Shown one piece after another: positions 1 through 10,014 of a DNA stretch of 64,000 bases (positions are counted from its first letter, which is position 1; each line of letters starts with the position of its first letter). Below the pieces are notes generated by a model. That model saw only the letters and a program-made list of their open reading frames with translations, ran no database searches and had not been told where the DNA came from. A program made the position numbers and the translations under genes. Source of the DNA: Lepidodermella squamata (Eukaryota; Animalia; Gastrotricha); assembly GCA_047495785.1 (NCBI GenBank), contig JBLDXI010000012.1:1-64000 (forward strand), read 5' to 3'.

Positions 1-473
1 ACACAGTCTTTTATAAGCAAATTGTTCTTTGATCCAAGCTGATCAAAATGCCTCAAAATTTGGTGCATGTCTTTACCTCGCGCTCGAAGCATGCTGTAAT
101 ATAGAGCCCATAAGCCGCAGATTTGTGAAAAAACATGCTGGTAAGACCTATTGCAATGAATGTACGGCACTTCTGTTTGGCTATTCGCTTTCAAAAAGTT
201 GTCGATATAGAGGTTATGATAGGAAGGGGAAAGGTTAAGGCTATCGAAAAACTCACAGGGCTCATCAGGATGCTGTGCGCTGTGAACAAACAGTGTGACC
301 CAGTGCTTTCCTGTAGAATTGTATACATTTCCTGTGTTACAGATAATCAATTGTGGATTATTTTTCACAATAGGAAGCTGCTGTGGTAGCTGATCAGCGG
401 CTACAACAAAAATGTCAAACTTTTTTAGTACTGGATCAATCCGGATGAAATCTTCCAATTCATTGTTGTACAT
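1..473 (-). CDS. Adenain-like cysteine protease (Polinton PRO), runs off the window
   Basis: Manual translation from ATG 473: MYNNELEDF...LIICNTG...GKHWV...EFFDS...YQHVFSQICGLWALYY, giving the His/Asp/Gln/Cys motifs. No stop in the window, so it is missing from the ORF track. Confidence 0.9.
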   Translation of the reverse strand, partial: MYNNELEDFIRIDPVLKKFDIFVVAADQLPQQLPIVKNNPQLIICNTGNVYNSTGKHWVTLFVHSAQHPDEPCEFFDSLNLSPSYHNLYIDNFLKANSQTEVPYIHCNRSYQHVFSQICGLWALYYSMLRARGKDMHQILRHFDQLGSKNNLLIKDC

Positions 474-483
474 GAAAAACTGC

Positions 484-1974
484 TTAAGAATCAACAATTA
501 CGTCACGCGTTCGTGTGATCTTAAAAAATTTGAATTTTAAGGCAATTTTAATTTTATGAAAAAAGATGATACCTCAAAAACTGAATCAGTTTCAGTTAAT
601 ACTAACAGCTGAGTAACAATTGTTGTTTGAACAGCAAAACTCAACTCTACTCTGCAGGTACCTGTGCGTATAACTGAGTAATTTTGCAACGAGGAGTTGC
701 GCGATAAATCGAAACCAAAAATTGTGAAGCCATTAATAAACTGATCCATAGTTAACGTAGATGCCTTGAAAGGGTTATCTGGGTTGATAGCATTGAGAAG
801 CTCCAAATAGACTCTGGTGACATCTCCATTTGCAAAATCCATTTCCAAGGGAGCTGTTGAGTGATGTAGTTCATTGCCCAAATAAATCGATATTCGGGAT
901 AGCTGGCTGTGTAATGCATTCAATGGATTTTTACCCGCCGTTCCATTCAGGGCGGAATCTTCAAAAAAACAGAAAAACATACGCCTTGGAAGCTTACCAT
1001 TAATACATTGTGGTATCTGTTAAACCATTAGAGTTTTAAAAATTGACTTAGAAACGCGCGATGAGCAAACTTACACTGTAACTCAAAACACTACTTGGTA
1101 TGTGAAAAAGCCTTGTTCGAACTCTCATTATAGGATATTTGGCGTTAGTTTTTTCCAGCGCACGCGTATGAGCAATCACTATGTCCGGCGACACAACAAC
1201 AGCCCGGGCAATAATTTTTGCAGATTCAATGACGATTGAGTGAGGATCAGCTGTGCTCGGCCCAACCAAAGCAAAATTGTTAGATGCCCTATAGAGCTTG
1301 ATGCGGACTTCAACATTAGGTAGAAGTAGCCTATTACACAGCATAGGATCTGCAAACAGGCGTCCCAGGGTGCACACAGATTTCCCGCCCTGAACAATTT
1401 CCAACCGTTTTTTAAATCCCTCGTTTGAATTGTCAAAATTATCCAGTTTTTTAGCTGTATCAGGATACCAAAATTGTGTCTGTAATATCGTGTTTTTTGC
1501 ATCAGTATTATGAGACAAAAGCGTTGAAATATAGGCCCGATAAGCGTATAATGAATTTTGTTCACTTAAAAGTTGCCCATTTAGTGAAATCTCGCATGTT
1601 TTGAACATTGTGTGGTGGGCTAAACAAAGCGGGGCTTTTTGTAAATTTGTAGCCGAAAGACTAGCCTTATACTCGTTGTATGCATCGTCAGCTTCGCCAG
1701 CATTTTTCTTCCGAGCTTCAGAAGGGGTTCTAACTACTTTCCACTTGAGCATCAGTTGCATGCGTGACAGACACAAATAATCATTGTACGGGCCGATTTG
1801 AAACTCAATCAGGTTCGGTGAACTATTAAGAGGGGCAATTGGGTAAACATCTATACTTATTTGGTTTTCTTCAGCAAGCTGTGAAGGCGGTACAGTAAAT
1901 AAATCTAAATCTGAAGATAATACTATTGAAGAGGCTGAGGCTGGGTGAACAAAATTATCTCCAAAGCCTTCCAT
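484..1974 (-). CDS. Major capsid protein (double jelly roll), 3 exons: 1974-1075, 1016-573, 519-484; 459 aa
   Basis: LDLFTVPP, YAYRAYISTLL, AKYPI, NG...KNP and GFTIFGFDLS motifs. Two phase-0 GT-AG introns restore GKLPRRMFF and the C-terminus VFEITRTRDVIVDS*. Confidence 0.88.
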
Positions 1975-2007
1975 TACAAATTTGAAGAATCAAACGCAGC
2001 AATGGGC

Positions 2008-2550
2008 TCAAGACGCTTCAAATAGCACTGATTTAGTTGTTGCGCGTCTTTTCCTTTTATAAGCCTTTCTTTTTGTAGTAGAAGCACGGCGCCTACGTTT
2101 TGCAGTCACACTACTAGTTTTACTAGGGCCACGACGACGGCGCCTTTTACGGCCACCTCCACCGCCTTGATGTTGCTTCAAAGCCGTTTCAGCAATATCC
2201 TTAGCCATGTTTAAGGCGCCTGAAGTGCCATGACGCTTAAGGGATTCGGTAAAACTAGGTCTAGCGCCCTCAGGTTGTTGCATATCACCTAATATTTTTT
2301 GGCCAGTAGATAATGCTTGTTGAAAAATAGACGGAGCAATTACTGGGAAGAAATTTCTGAAAAAGGCACCTAATATATTTCCTATTCCCTGACCCCTATA
2401 ATGATATGGAAATTGAATTGTTGCCCCACGGAAATGGTCCAGGTTAGCACCCGCTCCAGCTCCATAGCCTGCTATCAGCGGGGAGGAGTGTTGGCGGAGA
2501 AAAAACTGCTGGTACTTGTCAACGTTTTGGTTAGAATAAGCTAGGGGCAT
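2008..2550 (-). CDS. Arg/Lys-rich virion core protein (pVII/pX-like)
   Basis: YQQFF..Q, FRG and RGQGIG..L..FFR..FP pattern; highly basic C-terminus (RKRRRRR); located between mCP and MCP. Confidence 0.75.
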   Translation of the reverse strand: MPLAYSNQNVDKYQQFFLRQHSSPLIAGYGAGAGANLDHFRGATIQFPYHYRGQGIGNILGAFFRNFFPVIAPSIFQQALSTGQKILGDMQQPEGARPSFTESLKRHGTSGALNMAKDIAETALKQHQGGGGGRKRRRRRGPSKTSSVTAKRRRRASTTKRKAYKRKRRATTKSVLFEAS

Positions 2551-2588
2551 CTTCGGTAATATTAATAATTAGAACTCAGCCACTTATA

Positions 2589-3809
2589 TTAATATAAGGC
2601 TCCGGTTTTTCGGCGAATATGAAGTAGCAATACAACTTTGCTACCATCCACAAAATCGATCAATGCCCCGTTATCGCGGCGGATTTGAACTTGAATTGAA
2701 TCTATAAAATTGGCTTTTAAAGGTAAATATAGGCCCGAGTTATAAATCACTGTAAAATGTGATGACAAGTCTGAATTTGCCGTAGCAGAAGCCATCGTAG
2801 AATAGGTTATCATTCGAAGGAGGCTAGCTTGGCAATCTCCAACAAAAACATCCGCTGCAACTGAGCAGTAAATGAACAGTGAGTTATTGCCATAATTCAA
2901 CTGAATGTTGTATTGAGCTGTAGCACTTTCTTCATAGCATGCATAAATAAAGGCAGGCGGTAAATCATTATCTTTGGTGATTACTGTTTGCTCAGAAAAA
3001 TCAAAGTGCTGTGCTGAATTTACGCCTTCTTGATTTTCTACCGCCGCTGTCTCATTATTTGCATCCTCCTTAAGTTTTGGTCTGCTAGAAAGCCTAACAA
3101 TCCCAACTGAGTTGAATAAAATGTGTGGATTTTCACGAATTTGGTGGCTCATATTCCACGCATATGCCAAGGCATACGTTGACTTTATATCAAAAGTGGA
3201 AACTTCATTAAATTCTGGCTCGTCATTTTTTGGGGCCTTGGGAAAAATGAAAACTCCAGACGGTGTATTCTGTTCTATTGGAGACACAAAACCTAAGAGG
3301 CCAGCAGAATCTGAAGGTATAAACATAGAATATGGCCATTTACAGGTAATTTTAGTTTTTTTGTTGACTGAATCATAATGAGCAAAAATAGAGCCATTAC
3401 TACTTGAGATGGATATTTTTTCATTAAAGTGATCGATTAGTTTGGTTATATTCGCAAAATATTCACCTCCGAAATTTACTTTGTTAATAAAGCCAGTTTC
3501 CCATGGATTGTTGAAACTTTTCATCCGATGTGGCAAAGAGCCAGGATTTGTTAAATAATTAGCAATAATGTCGTTTTTAAAAGATTTCAGCCAGTTACAA
3601 TCAAGCACATAGACTGTATGACGATCAATGCTACTCCACCTAACAGGAATTGTAGCCTCAAGTAGGGCTACTTCATAAGCACGGCAATCGGGTACGCAAA
3701 TTGGGACAGGGAGAGCAACTTGATAATCCGACGGAGTATTCGCCGGATGTTGAGAATATGAGGCATTCGAGGGTAAATAAATAAAGAAGTCCTCCTGGAT
3801 GCTAAGCAT
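2589..3809 (-). CDS. Minor capsid protein (penton-like)
   Basis: N-terminal FFIYLPSNAS..PANT.SDY.V.LP..YEVAL.E and C-terminal LFIYCS..VGD..LLR..YLPL..I.VQIR..G..IDF..LHIR. Confidence 0.85.
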   Translation of the reverse strand: MLSIQEDFFIYLPSNASYSQHPANTPSDYQVALPVPICVPDCRAYEVALLEATIPVRWSSIDRHTVYVLDCNWLKSFKNDIIANYLTNPGSLPHRMKSFNNPWETGFINKVNFGGEYFANITKLIDHFNEKISISSSNGSIFAHYDSVNKKTKITCKWPYSMFIPSDSAGLLGFVSPIEQNTPSGVFIFPKAPKNDEPEFNEVSTFDIKSTYALAYAWNMSHQIRENPHILFNSVGIVRLSSRPKLKEDANNETAAVENQEGVNSAQHFDFSEQTVITKDNDLPPAFIYACYEESATAQYNIQLNYGNNSLFIYCSVAADVFVGDCQASLLRMITYSTMASATANSDLSSHFTVIYNSGLYLPLKANFIDSIQVQIRRDNGALIDFVDGSKVVLLLHIRRKTGALY

Positions 3810-4005
3810 TTGTTATGTTATCCTTATCTATCTTTTCTAAAGTAAGGATTGCGCTGTTGCCAAAAGGGGGGAGCTTAGTTTTGAATAAATAGTTTGAAAT
3901 TTCTATAAGCCAAACGGTTATTAGAAGGAAAAAAATGTAGGCCCCTACACGCACAGATGGCTTTTGTAGGAAAGCTAAGAGTGGAGTCGTAGGAACTCTA
4001 TTCAT
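3802..4005 (-). CDS. Small single-pass membrane protein of the Polinton
   Basis: ATG-initiated 67-aa ORF overlapping both neighbours; hydrophobic stretch VGAYIFFLLITVWLI. Confidence 0.5.
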   Translation of the reverse strand: MNRVPTTPLLAFLQKPSVRVGAYIFFLLITVWLIEISNYLFKTKLPPFGNSAILTLEKIDKDNITNA

Positions 4006-5213
4006 GAGGCCAAGGTTTTGATCTCGTTTGCATCAATCCAACTAGCGGCTTCAATCGGCCAGTTTTGCCATTTCACAAGAGCCTGTTTCTTGCCATTTAT
4101 AGTGCGATGCTTCAGAACTTTTTCTATTAAATATGTTTCTTGCGGATGTGCTATCTGAAGCTGCCAATCGTAAAAACTACCTTGAATACGCTTATTCAGA
4201 GTATCACGGAGATAATACTTGTCGGGGATGGTACAAGTATCTATGCGGTCGATAAAAAAATATTCTTCAGTAAAAATGAAATCTCCTTCTTTGTGAAATA
4301 AATCCTTTACACGACTAATTCTAACACAATCACCGACAGAAAAAGTCGGTTTGTATAGTAAATTCTTGCGCTTTTCAAGCATCAATTGATCTCTTTTTCC
4401 AAAAACATTATTGTAAGCAACCAAATTTATAGGATCTTCTGGGGAAGCTAGCCATAATTCTAACGGGGCAACCCTAGTGCTGCGATTTTTCATTTGATTG
4501 TAAGACGCTAAGAAAAAAGGTAAGTAATCGATGTAACGCAGCGTATGATTTGCAATTTGATGCCTCGAAATAGTTCTACGAAGCCAACGGTTGAAAATTT
4601 CTATGGGTGAACACTTGAACATGGAGGTTGTAGTGTAATAATAAACATTGAATTTTTTAAATATTTTTTTAGCTTCTTTGTTGATAAATTCTCCGCCAGA
4701 ATCTGTAGTGAAAGAGCGGCAACGCAAATCAGGTGTTAGGCTGCTCAAAAAATTACTGATCTTCTCAGCAGTGTAATTTCCTTCTTTGTTAAGTAAGGGA
4801 ATACAGAAAGCATAACGCGTAAAACAGTCTTTGATTGTAAGTAAATAGCGGGTTCCATCATTATCTTGGCTTGAATCTTGAACTTCAAGAAGATCACCTA
4901 GAAAGAGGTCACTTCTAGCATAAACTTCATATTGCATGAATTGCTTCCGGTTTCTTACACTTAGTGGTTTATATAATGAATATGTTCGATCATGGCTCAT
5001 AATCTCAGCTAGTTTTTTATGAGTAAGGGAATTTCTCAGCTCTAAGGGTAATGTAGCTTTAAGTGTTGAGTATAATCTGCGCAGGCCTTGAAATGATCCA
5101 ACATGTTTCGGATCATTATAGAAGCTCAAAACAAACGATTTCAAGTCTGACCTGTGGTTTATTTTAGCATCTCCTTCAGCTAGACGTCTCGCATTGTGTT
5201 TATTACGTGGCAT
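4002..5213 (-). CDS. Retroviral-like (RVE) integrase with C-terminal chromodomain
   Basis: DDE motifs GDLL, TDSGGEF and IEIFNR; F.VGD.VRIS; chromodomain YLIEKVLKHR...LVKWQNWP...SWI. Confidence 0.95.
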   Translation of the reverse strand: MPRNKHNARRLAEGDAKINHRSDLKSFVLSFYNDPKHVGSFQGLRRLYSTLKATLPLELRNSLTHKKLAEIMSHDRTYSLYKPLSVRNRKQFMQYEVYARSDLFLGDLLEVQDSSQDNDGTRYLLTIKDCFTRYAFCIPLLNKEGNYTAEKISNFLSSLTPDLRCRSFTTDSGGEFINKEAKKIFKKFNVYYYTTTSMFKCSPIEIFNRWLRRTISRHQIANHTLRYIDYLPFFLASYNQMKNRSTRVAPLELWLASPEDPINLVAYNNVFGKRDQLMLEKRKNLLYKPTFSVGDCVRISRVKDLFHKEGDFIFTEEYFFIDRIDTCTIPDKYYLRDTLNKRIQGSFYDWQLQIAHPQETYLIEKVLKHRTINGKKQALVKWQNWPIEAASWIDANEIKTLAS

Positions 5214-5216
5214 GAC

Positions 5217-5486
5217 CTAATTCTTCTTTATAGCTAATTTACGGCAAGTAGGGACAACCGAACAATTAGCCATGTGGCTAAATAAATCACCGTTTAAGTG
5301 GAATAATAAATCATTTATATTATATAACATCCGCTCAGTAGACTCGACAAGTTGCCGCAGGTGAAGGAGTTCGGCTTGAGTATTGCGAACTTCCATAACA
5401 GCGAAAAAGCTGATTAAAATGGTAACCAGGGATAGCAGCAATAGGATCGGTAAAACAGCACGCGGAATATCTGTTGTTTGATGCAT
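5217..5486 (-). CDS. Small membrane-anchored or secreted coiled-coil protein of the Polinton
   Basis: N-terminal hydrophobic helix, then a heptad-like segment and two Cys. Confidence 0.55.
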   Translation of the reverse strand: MHQTTDIPRAVLPILLLLSLVTILISFFAVMEVRNTQAELLHLRQLVESTERMLYNINDLLFHLNGDLFSHMANCSVVPTCRKLAIKKN

Positions 5487-5650
5487 AATAAATTACGAAG
5501 ACTTTAAAAACGGGGAAATTTACCGATAGCCATATTTTTATTTCTGCTGCGAATTTTGAAAATTGATAGATAATGATGAAAGTAGAAATAATGATTTTAG
5601 CTTAAAAAAAGACGGCACGCGATTAATCTTCCCTCATTCATTAAATCATT

Positions 5651-6762
5651 TTATTGTTGTTTGATATACAGAAAAAAAGGCGCCAATTTAACAAATGCTA
5701 TTTTTATAAGAGATAACGAAAAACAGCCGCTCATAATCATTTTTCCAGTGTGAAACAGTGTGGCAGATACATTTAACTTTGGTTCATTTTCATTAGTGCT
5801 GACTTTGGAGAAAACACGTATACGCAACCCAGGAAAAAATTCTGGTTGGTAAACGCATATTTTAGGAAATTGAAAAGCTAGCAGGCTAAGATTGACAGTT
5901 TTATGTAAATCGTAGAACAATACTATATTAGTAATTATTGGGTCACGGATTATCAACCGTCGATTAACAATTTTTCTGAGTGTAGCTTGAAGAACTCCAA
6001 AAGCAGTAACACAATTCGAGGCTGTTTTGGTACCACTACAAATTATAGCTCCGGATGAAAATAATAAAAACGTCGCGTTAAAAGCAGGTACTTTATAGAA
6101 CAAAGCACTCGACATTTTTTTTGGGTTATATTTTGCACAAGGTAAAATTAGGGCTAGACTATCTAAATTAAATAGAAAATTTGACCTTGATTTAGCCATA
6201 ATATTTGAAATAGAGTAATCAATATCATATTGTATATTATTTACTTCCATATTTAATGGTGGGGATTTCAATAGAAAAAAAGGTTCAGTGCTAGATTGTA
6301 GCTTTAAATCAACAGGATAGGATATAGTCAAATTTATGATCGTGGTCGACTGTGATGCGGCTGATTGAAGGCTTGTAACATACTTGATTTCAGCTGTTTC
6401 TGTTTGAACTTTGCGATAGGTTGAGGGCAAATCATGACCAAAAAAGAGGCGACAGAATCTTGCTTTCGTGACTCATGATTGGTAATTGGAACAGCTGGTT
6501 TATTTTTCGCCTTGCATGGCGTTTTCGCCGATTTAGCAACTGATTTCTTCTCAGTACCTATGACTTTTTTCTGAATTTTATGTTTAGCATTGCGTTTCGG
6601 TTGATTACGAACCGCAGTTTTTGCTAATCTAGAGGCTGATGTTTGTTCAACAGGTTCCTTGGTAAACGTACTCGTATTCGGTTCATTCAGGTTTATTGGT
6701 ACGAAATCATTGTTAGAAAAAAACAATGGAGAAGCCGGAGATGAATTGAAGAAAGCTTCCAT
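5651..6762 (-). CDS. TATA-binding-protein-like gene; apparent frameshift at A6 run 6440-6445
   Basis: Both TBP half-repeats present: NIMA..NLDSLA..AKYNPK..ATFLLFSSGAIICSG and NIV..VNLSLLA..YQPEFFPGL..ATLFHTGKMIMSG. The upstream Lys-rich ORF (ATG 6762) joins in frame if one T is added. Confidence 0.85.
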
Positions 6763-6930
6763 AAATTCAGTAAGAAGAATAATATTCAAAGTTCTTGCGT
6801 TTGAAATGAAAAATGATCGAATGACGGAAGCCGGCCGCGGTGATTGGTTGGAGTTGCTGAGCCCCAGAACCTTCTGATTAGGAATGAATAAATAACAAAG
6901 GCATTATATAAATAAAATAAACTGACCAAA

Positions 6931-7737
6931 TTAGGTCGAAGAGCTGTTGTTGAAAGGTAAGACGGTAGCGACAGGTTGTAGTGCGATGGAGCGTTGCATG
7001 ATGCCCGGCCATTTACTATTCGCACCTTCCTGCTGACCATTAAGAACATCGATGACTGATGCCCATGGAATTTTCTGAGCGTGTTGATAGGGTGGAGGTA
7101 CGACGTTCTGCATTTCTACTGAGACCCTACGACCTGCCCGAAGTAAAAGGTAGAATATGTGCCGCAGGTTTACGCTGACACCATTAAAGTTTTTTAACAA
7201 ATCGTAAAATAAATGTTGGATGTAGATATATCGGCCTTCGGTGTAGGTAGGGTGTGCCGTTAGGCCATACCAGAAACTTTCTTCCAGGCCAGACACAATA
7301 ATAGGGTTAGGGCTATCGTCGAGGCAATCATCCAAAAGGTAATCACTTTCAGTAAAAATAATTGAGTGACAAATGGACGACCATAAATCATCCTGGCGAA
7401 CAAGGAGCGTGGTAGTATCATTTAGGATGCTCTTCCATAAATCATGCCCAACGATGGAAGCACAGGTAGCTAAATTATATTCGGCAAAATGTTGAAAATT
7501 CGTGCCATCGTGGGTTGATGGGAAGAGACGAGCAACGGCTCTTTTGTAGCCGAGATAAACATGATCGATAGTAATATGTTGGCCTTTCGAGTTGGCAATC
7601 AAATCGAATATGGCGACTTCAGCGAATGTAATGCGTCCAGAGAGGGTATTTAGTGATATATTTAATGATTTCGGAGGAAAAAGTAAATCTTCTCGGTAGA
7701 AAATCGCTTCATAAGATTCATCATAGCCAATAATCAT
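6931..7737 (-). CDS. Uncharacterised Polinton protein with a two-copy internal repeat
   Basis: 268-aa ATG ORF; pattern GR-x9-DL-x2-N-x2-G-x6-H-x6-RA-x2-R occurs twice. Confidence 0.65.
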   Translation of the reverse strand: MIIGYDESYEAIFYREDLLFPPKSLNISLNTLSGRITFAEVAIFDLIANSKGQHITIDHVYLGYKRAVARLFPSTHDGTNFQHFAEYNLATCASIVGHDLWKSILNDTTTLLVRQDDLWSSICHSIIFTESDYLLDDCLDDSPNPIIVSGLEESFWYGLTAHPTYTEGRYIYIQHLFYDLLKNFNGVSVNLRHIFYLLLRAGRRVSVEMQNVVPPPYQHAQKIPWASVIDVLNGQQEGANSKWPGIMQRSIALQPVATVLPFNNSSST

Positions 7738-7819
7738 AGCAACTTATTTGACCTTGCTATCCCTACCTTAATCTTTGCTTTTATTCGATTTTCCTTGAGT
7801 AAAAAAATGTTTCTTATAT

Positions 7820-8060
7820 TTTTTAGATTACAGTTAAGTTGGATTGATAGGAGAAAGTAAAGTTTATTTACAAAACAAGTTAATGGACATATCAGGAAAG
7901 AAAGGAGTATTTATAAATGCTAATGGCCAAAGTAAAAAATATTTATTATATTTTAGATTAAAGTTAAGGGGGATTGATAGGAGAAAGTAATGTTTATTTA
8001 CAAAAAAGGTTAATGGAAAGTAAGGTGTATTTATATAAGCTAATGGACAAAGCAGGAAAA
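7820..8060. repeat. Degenerate ~130-bp direct repeat (2 copies) between divergent Polinton genes
   Basis: TTAGATTA.AGTTAAG..GATTGATAGGAGAAAGTAA.GTTTATTTACAAAA at ~7823 and ~7953. Confidence 0.75.
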
Positions 8061-8130
8061 AAGATGAGCTAGCTTGAGTTCTTAGATTACTGTATCTAAT
8101 CAAGTATCTTTTTGGAAACTAAGAAAATTG

Positions 8131-8406
8131 ATGGAAGCAGAAGACATGTAAGTTTGGTTCTTTTTTAAAAAATCTTGAATAAATTCTGTTATGTTTAGTC
8201 GTGAACGCTTATATCAAGCACTGCTAAGCATTGACCATCTGCAACGAGCAATGACAGCAGCTATAAACGAAATGTTGAACACACAATTGGAGGTTGAACA
8301 ATTGATCAATGATGCATCACGATTTATGATAGCAACTCGAGCAAGAGATCAGGCATGCAGCCTAGATTGTGGTGATTGGAATTGTAATTACTGTTACAAA
8401 GATTGA
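8131..8406 (+). CDS. Small spliced helical protein with a C-terminal 4-Cys cluster (exons 8131-8147, 8199-8406)
   Basis: GTAAGT...TTTAG 51-bp intron gives MEAEDIRERLYQALL...CSLDCGDWNCNYCYKD; AATAAA follows the stop. Confidence 0.55.
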
Positions 8407-8571
8407 AAAATTAAAAATAAATTATCATGTGTGCATTTTTTATATTACAAATTAATTCCCAGAAAGAATGCAAAAGCATGACTCATAATAGTTTTAGAAA
8501 AAAAGTATGCCCGCTGTATATTTTATCATAAACATTGCGTACATTTATGGGGCAACGGATAAAACGCACTT

Positions 8572-8772
8572 ATATATTTATGTGAAACGGTTATAGTAAA
8601 AATGACCGTAGTGCTATTACTGATACAACGCTCGTATATTTATGCCAAATGGCTATAGTAAAAATCGCCGTACTGCCATTACTGATCCCAAATTGCGTAT
8701 ATTTATACCAAACGGCTATAGTAAAAATCGCCGTACTGCCATTACTGATCCAAAGTTCCCATCCTTACTACT
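8572..8772. repeat. Polinton terminal region: three 62-63-bp tandem repeats plus ACTACT end
   Basis: TATAGTAAAAAT..CCGTA.TGC.ATTACTGAT at 8592, 8654 and 8717. Confidence 0.85.
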
Positions 8773-10014
8773 CAGTGCGAGTAGCGAGTCGTCGGTTAAA
8801 CACGCAGGTGACGATTGTAATCTTAAATTTAGGCGAACAAAAAATCAATCGAAAAACAGTAATAATAATAATAATCAAAACAATAATAATAATTATATTT
8901 TAAATTTGAATAATAATTCGCAATCTCCCTTAAAGAGGCCTTTAGTTGAAACCACCGGCGTCGATGGTGATTGTTTGCCGACTACAGCAGCCAAGCTGAC
9001 AACAACGCCAACGTCCAATAATGCGGCGATGCTTGTCATCTTATGTGAGCTTGAATCGTGCATATGAAATGCGGAAAAAATAGGATGAACTCTCACGTCG
9101 CCACAATATGTATAATAATGATATTAAAAAATGTTGCTAAAATTATTCTAGAATATTCTGAATTTATTCTGTTGTCTCAAGAAAGGCTGCTTTCAACTGG
9201 TGAATTTTAACTGTATCATCTATGTCGCTGGTGACGGACTTGTTATTTTTCTCATTTTTTCTTCGATTTTTTATTCACCTGGTGGTCGCTGTATTCTTAT
9301 ATATTTGAAATACCTGAAGAGTGAAACAGCGCGCTATATGCAGATGAAGGATGATGACACCGATCAATAAAAAAATAAGAAAAAAATTATAATGACTAAA
9401 ATTTGCTCACTCACTTTTGCTTTTGTCATTTTTATGATGATTATTATTGAATAATTTGTCAACAGCGCGTAAAATATTATCTATCATTATTGAATGATAT
9501 ATATGTGTATTTTTTCTATAATTTCTTCATCGCCGCCGTGTAATTTTCGCGGATATCAAAATGAGTATAACTTGTCGCAACTTGGGGAGAAATATTTTTG
9601 TGAGAAATATGTATTGTATTATTGCGATTATTTTAATTCTATTCTTCTACATCTGATATTTCACGGCGTGTGTTTACAATAATATTATATGAGCGCAAAT
9701 AATAATGAAGAAATGAGCGTACGAAAATAAAATGCCAAAAAACGAGTGACGAAGCTGCAAAGATACGACGAAGTTCATTTTGCCGGCTTATGTAAATCTA
9801 ATTTTTATGACGCAGATATCGTTGCATTTGTATTCATCGTACCTGTTGCTGATCAATTTAGCAGCCAGTTCGTTGATTTTAGCTGATCTATATACAACAT
9901 CAAATTTAGGCGTCATATCAATCAGATTACAGGACTTCGAAAACGAAAGCTGGAAAATATTTTCGAGCCCACTCGATTTCATTTTTCTCGAAAATTAGAA
10001 TTTAGGTGAAAAAA

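Larger units (their letters stand above)
1..8772 (-). mobile_element. Polinton/Maverick (adintovirus-like) element, one end; other end, pPolB and ATPase presumably outside the window
   Basis: Co-oriented protease, MCP, core protein, mCP and RVE integrase genes. Terminus ...TTACTACT at 8765-8772 (AGTAGT on the minus strand) is typical of Polinton ends. Candidate 6-bp TSD CAGTGC at 8773-8778 cannot be verified here. Confidence 0.93.

Noticed and set aside
537-1974. MCP as two genes or a pseudogene
   Set aside because: Canonical in-frame introns explain the split.
8572-8760. CRISPR-like repeat array
   Set aside because: Head-to-tail repeats without unique spacers in eukaryotic DNA; they are Polinton subterminal repeats.
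8642-9096. ORFs across the Polinton end
   Set aside because: Produced by tandem repeats and an AAT microsatellite; two of them span the element-host junction.
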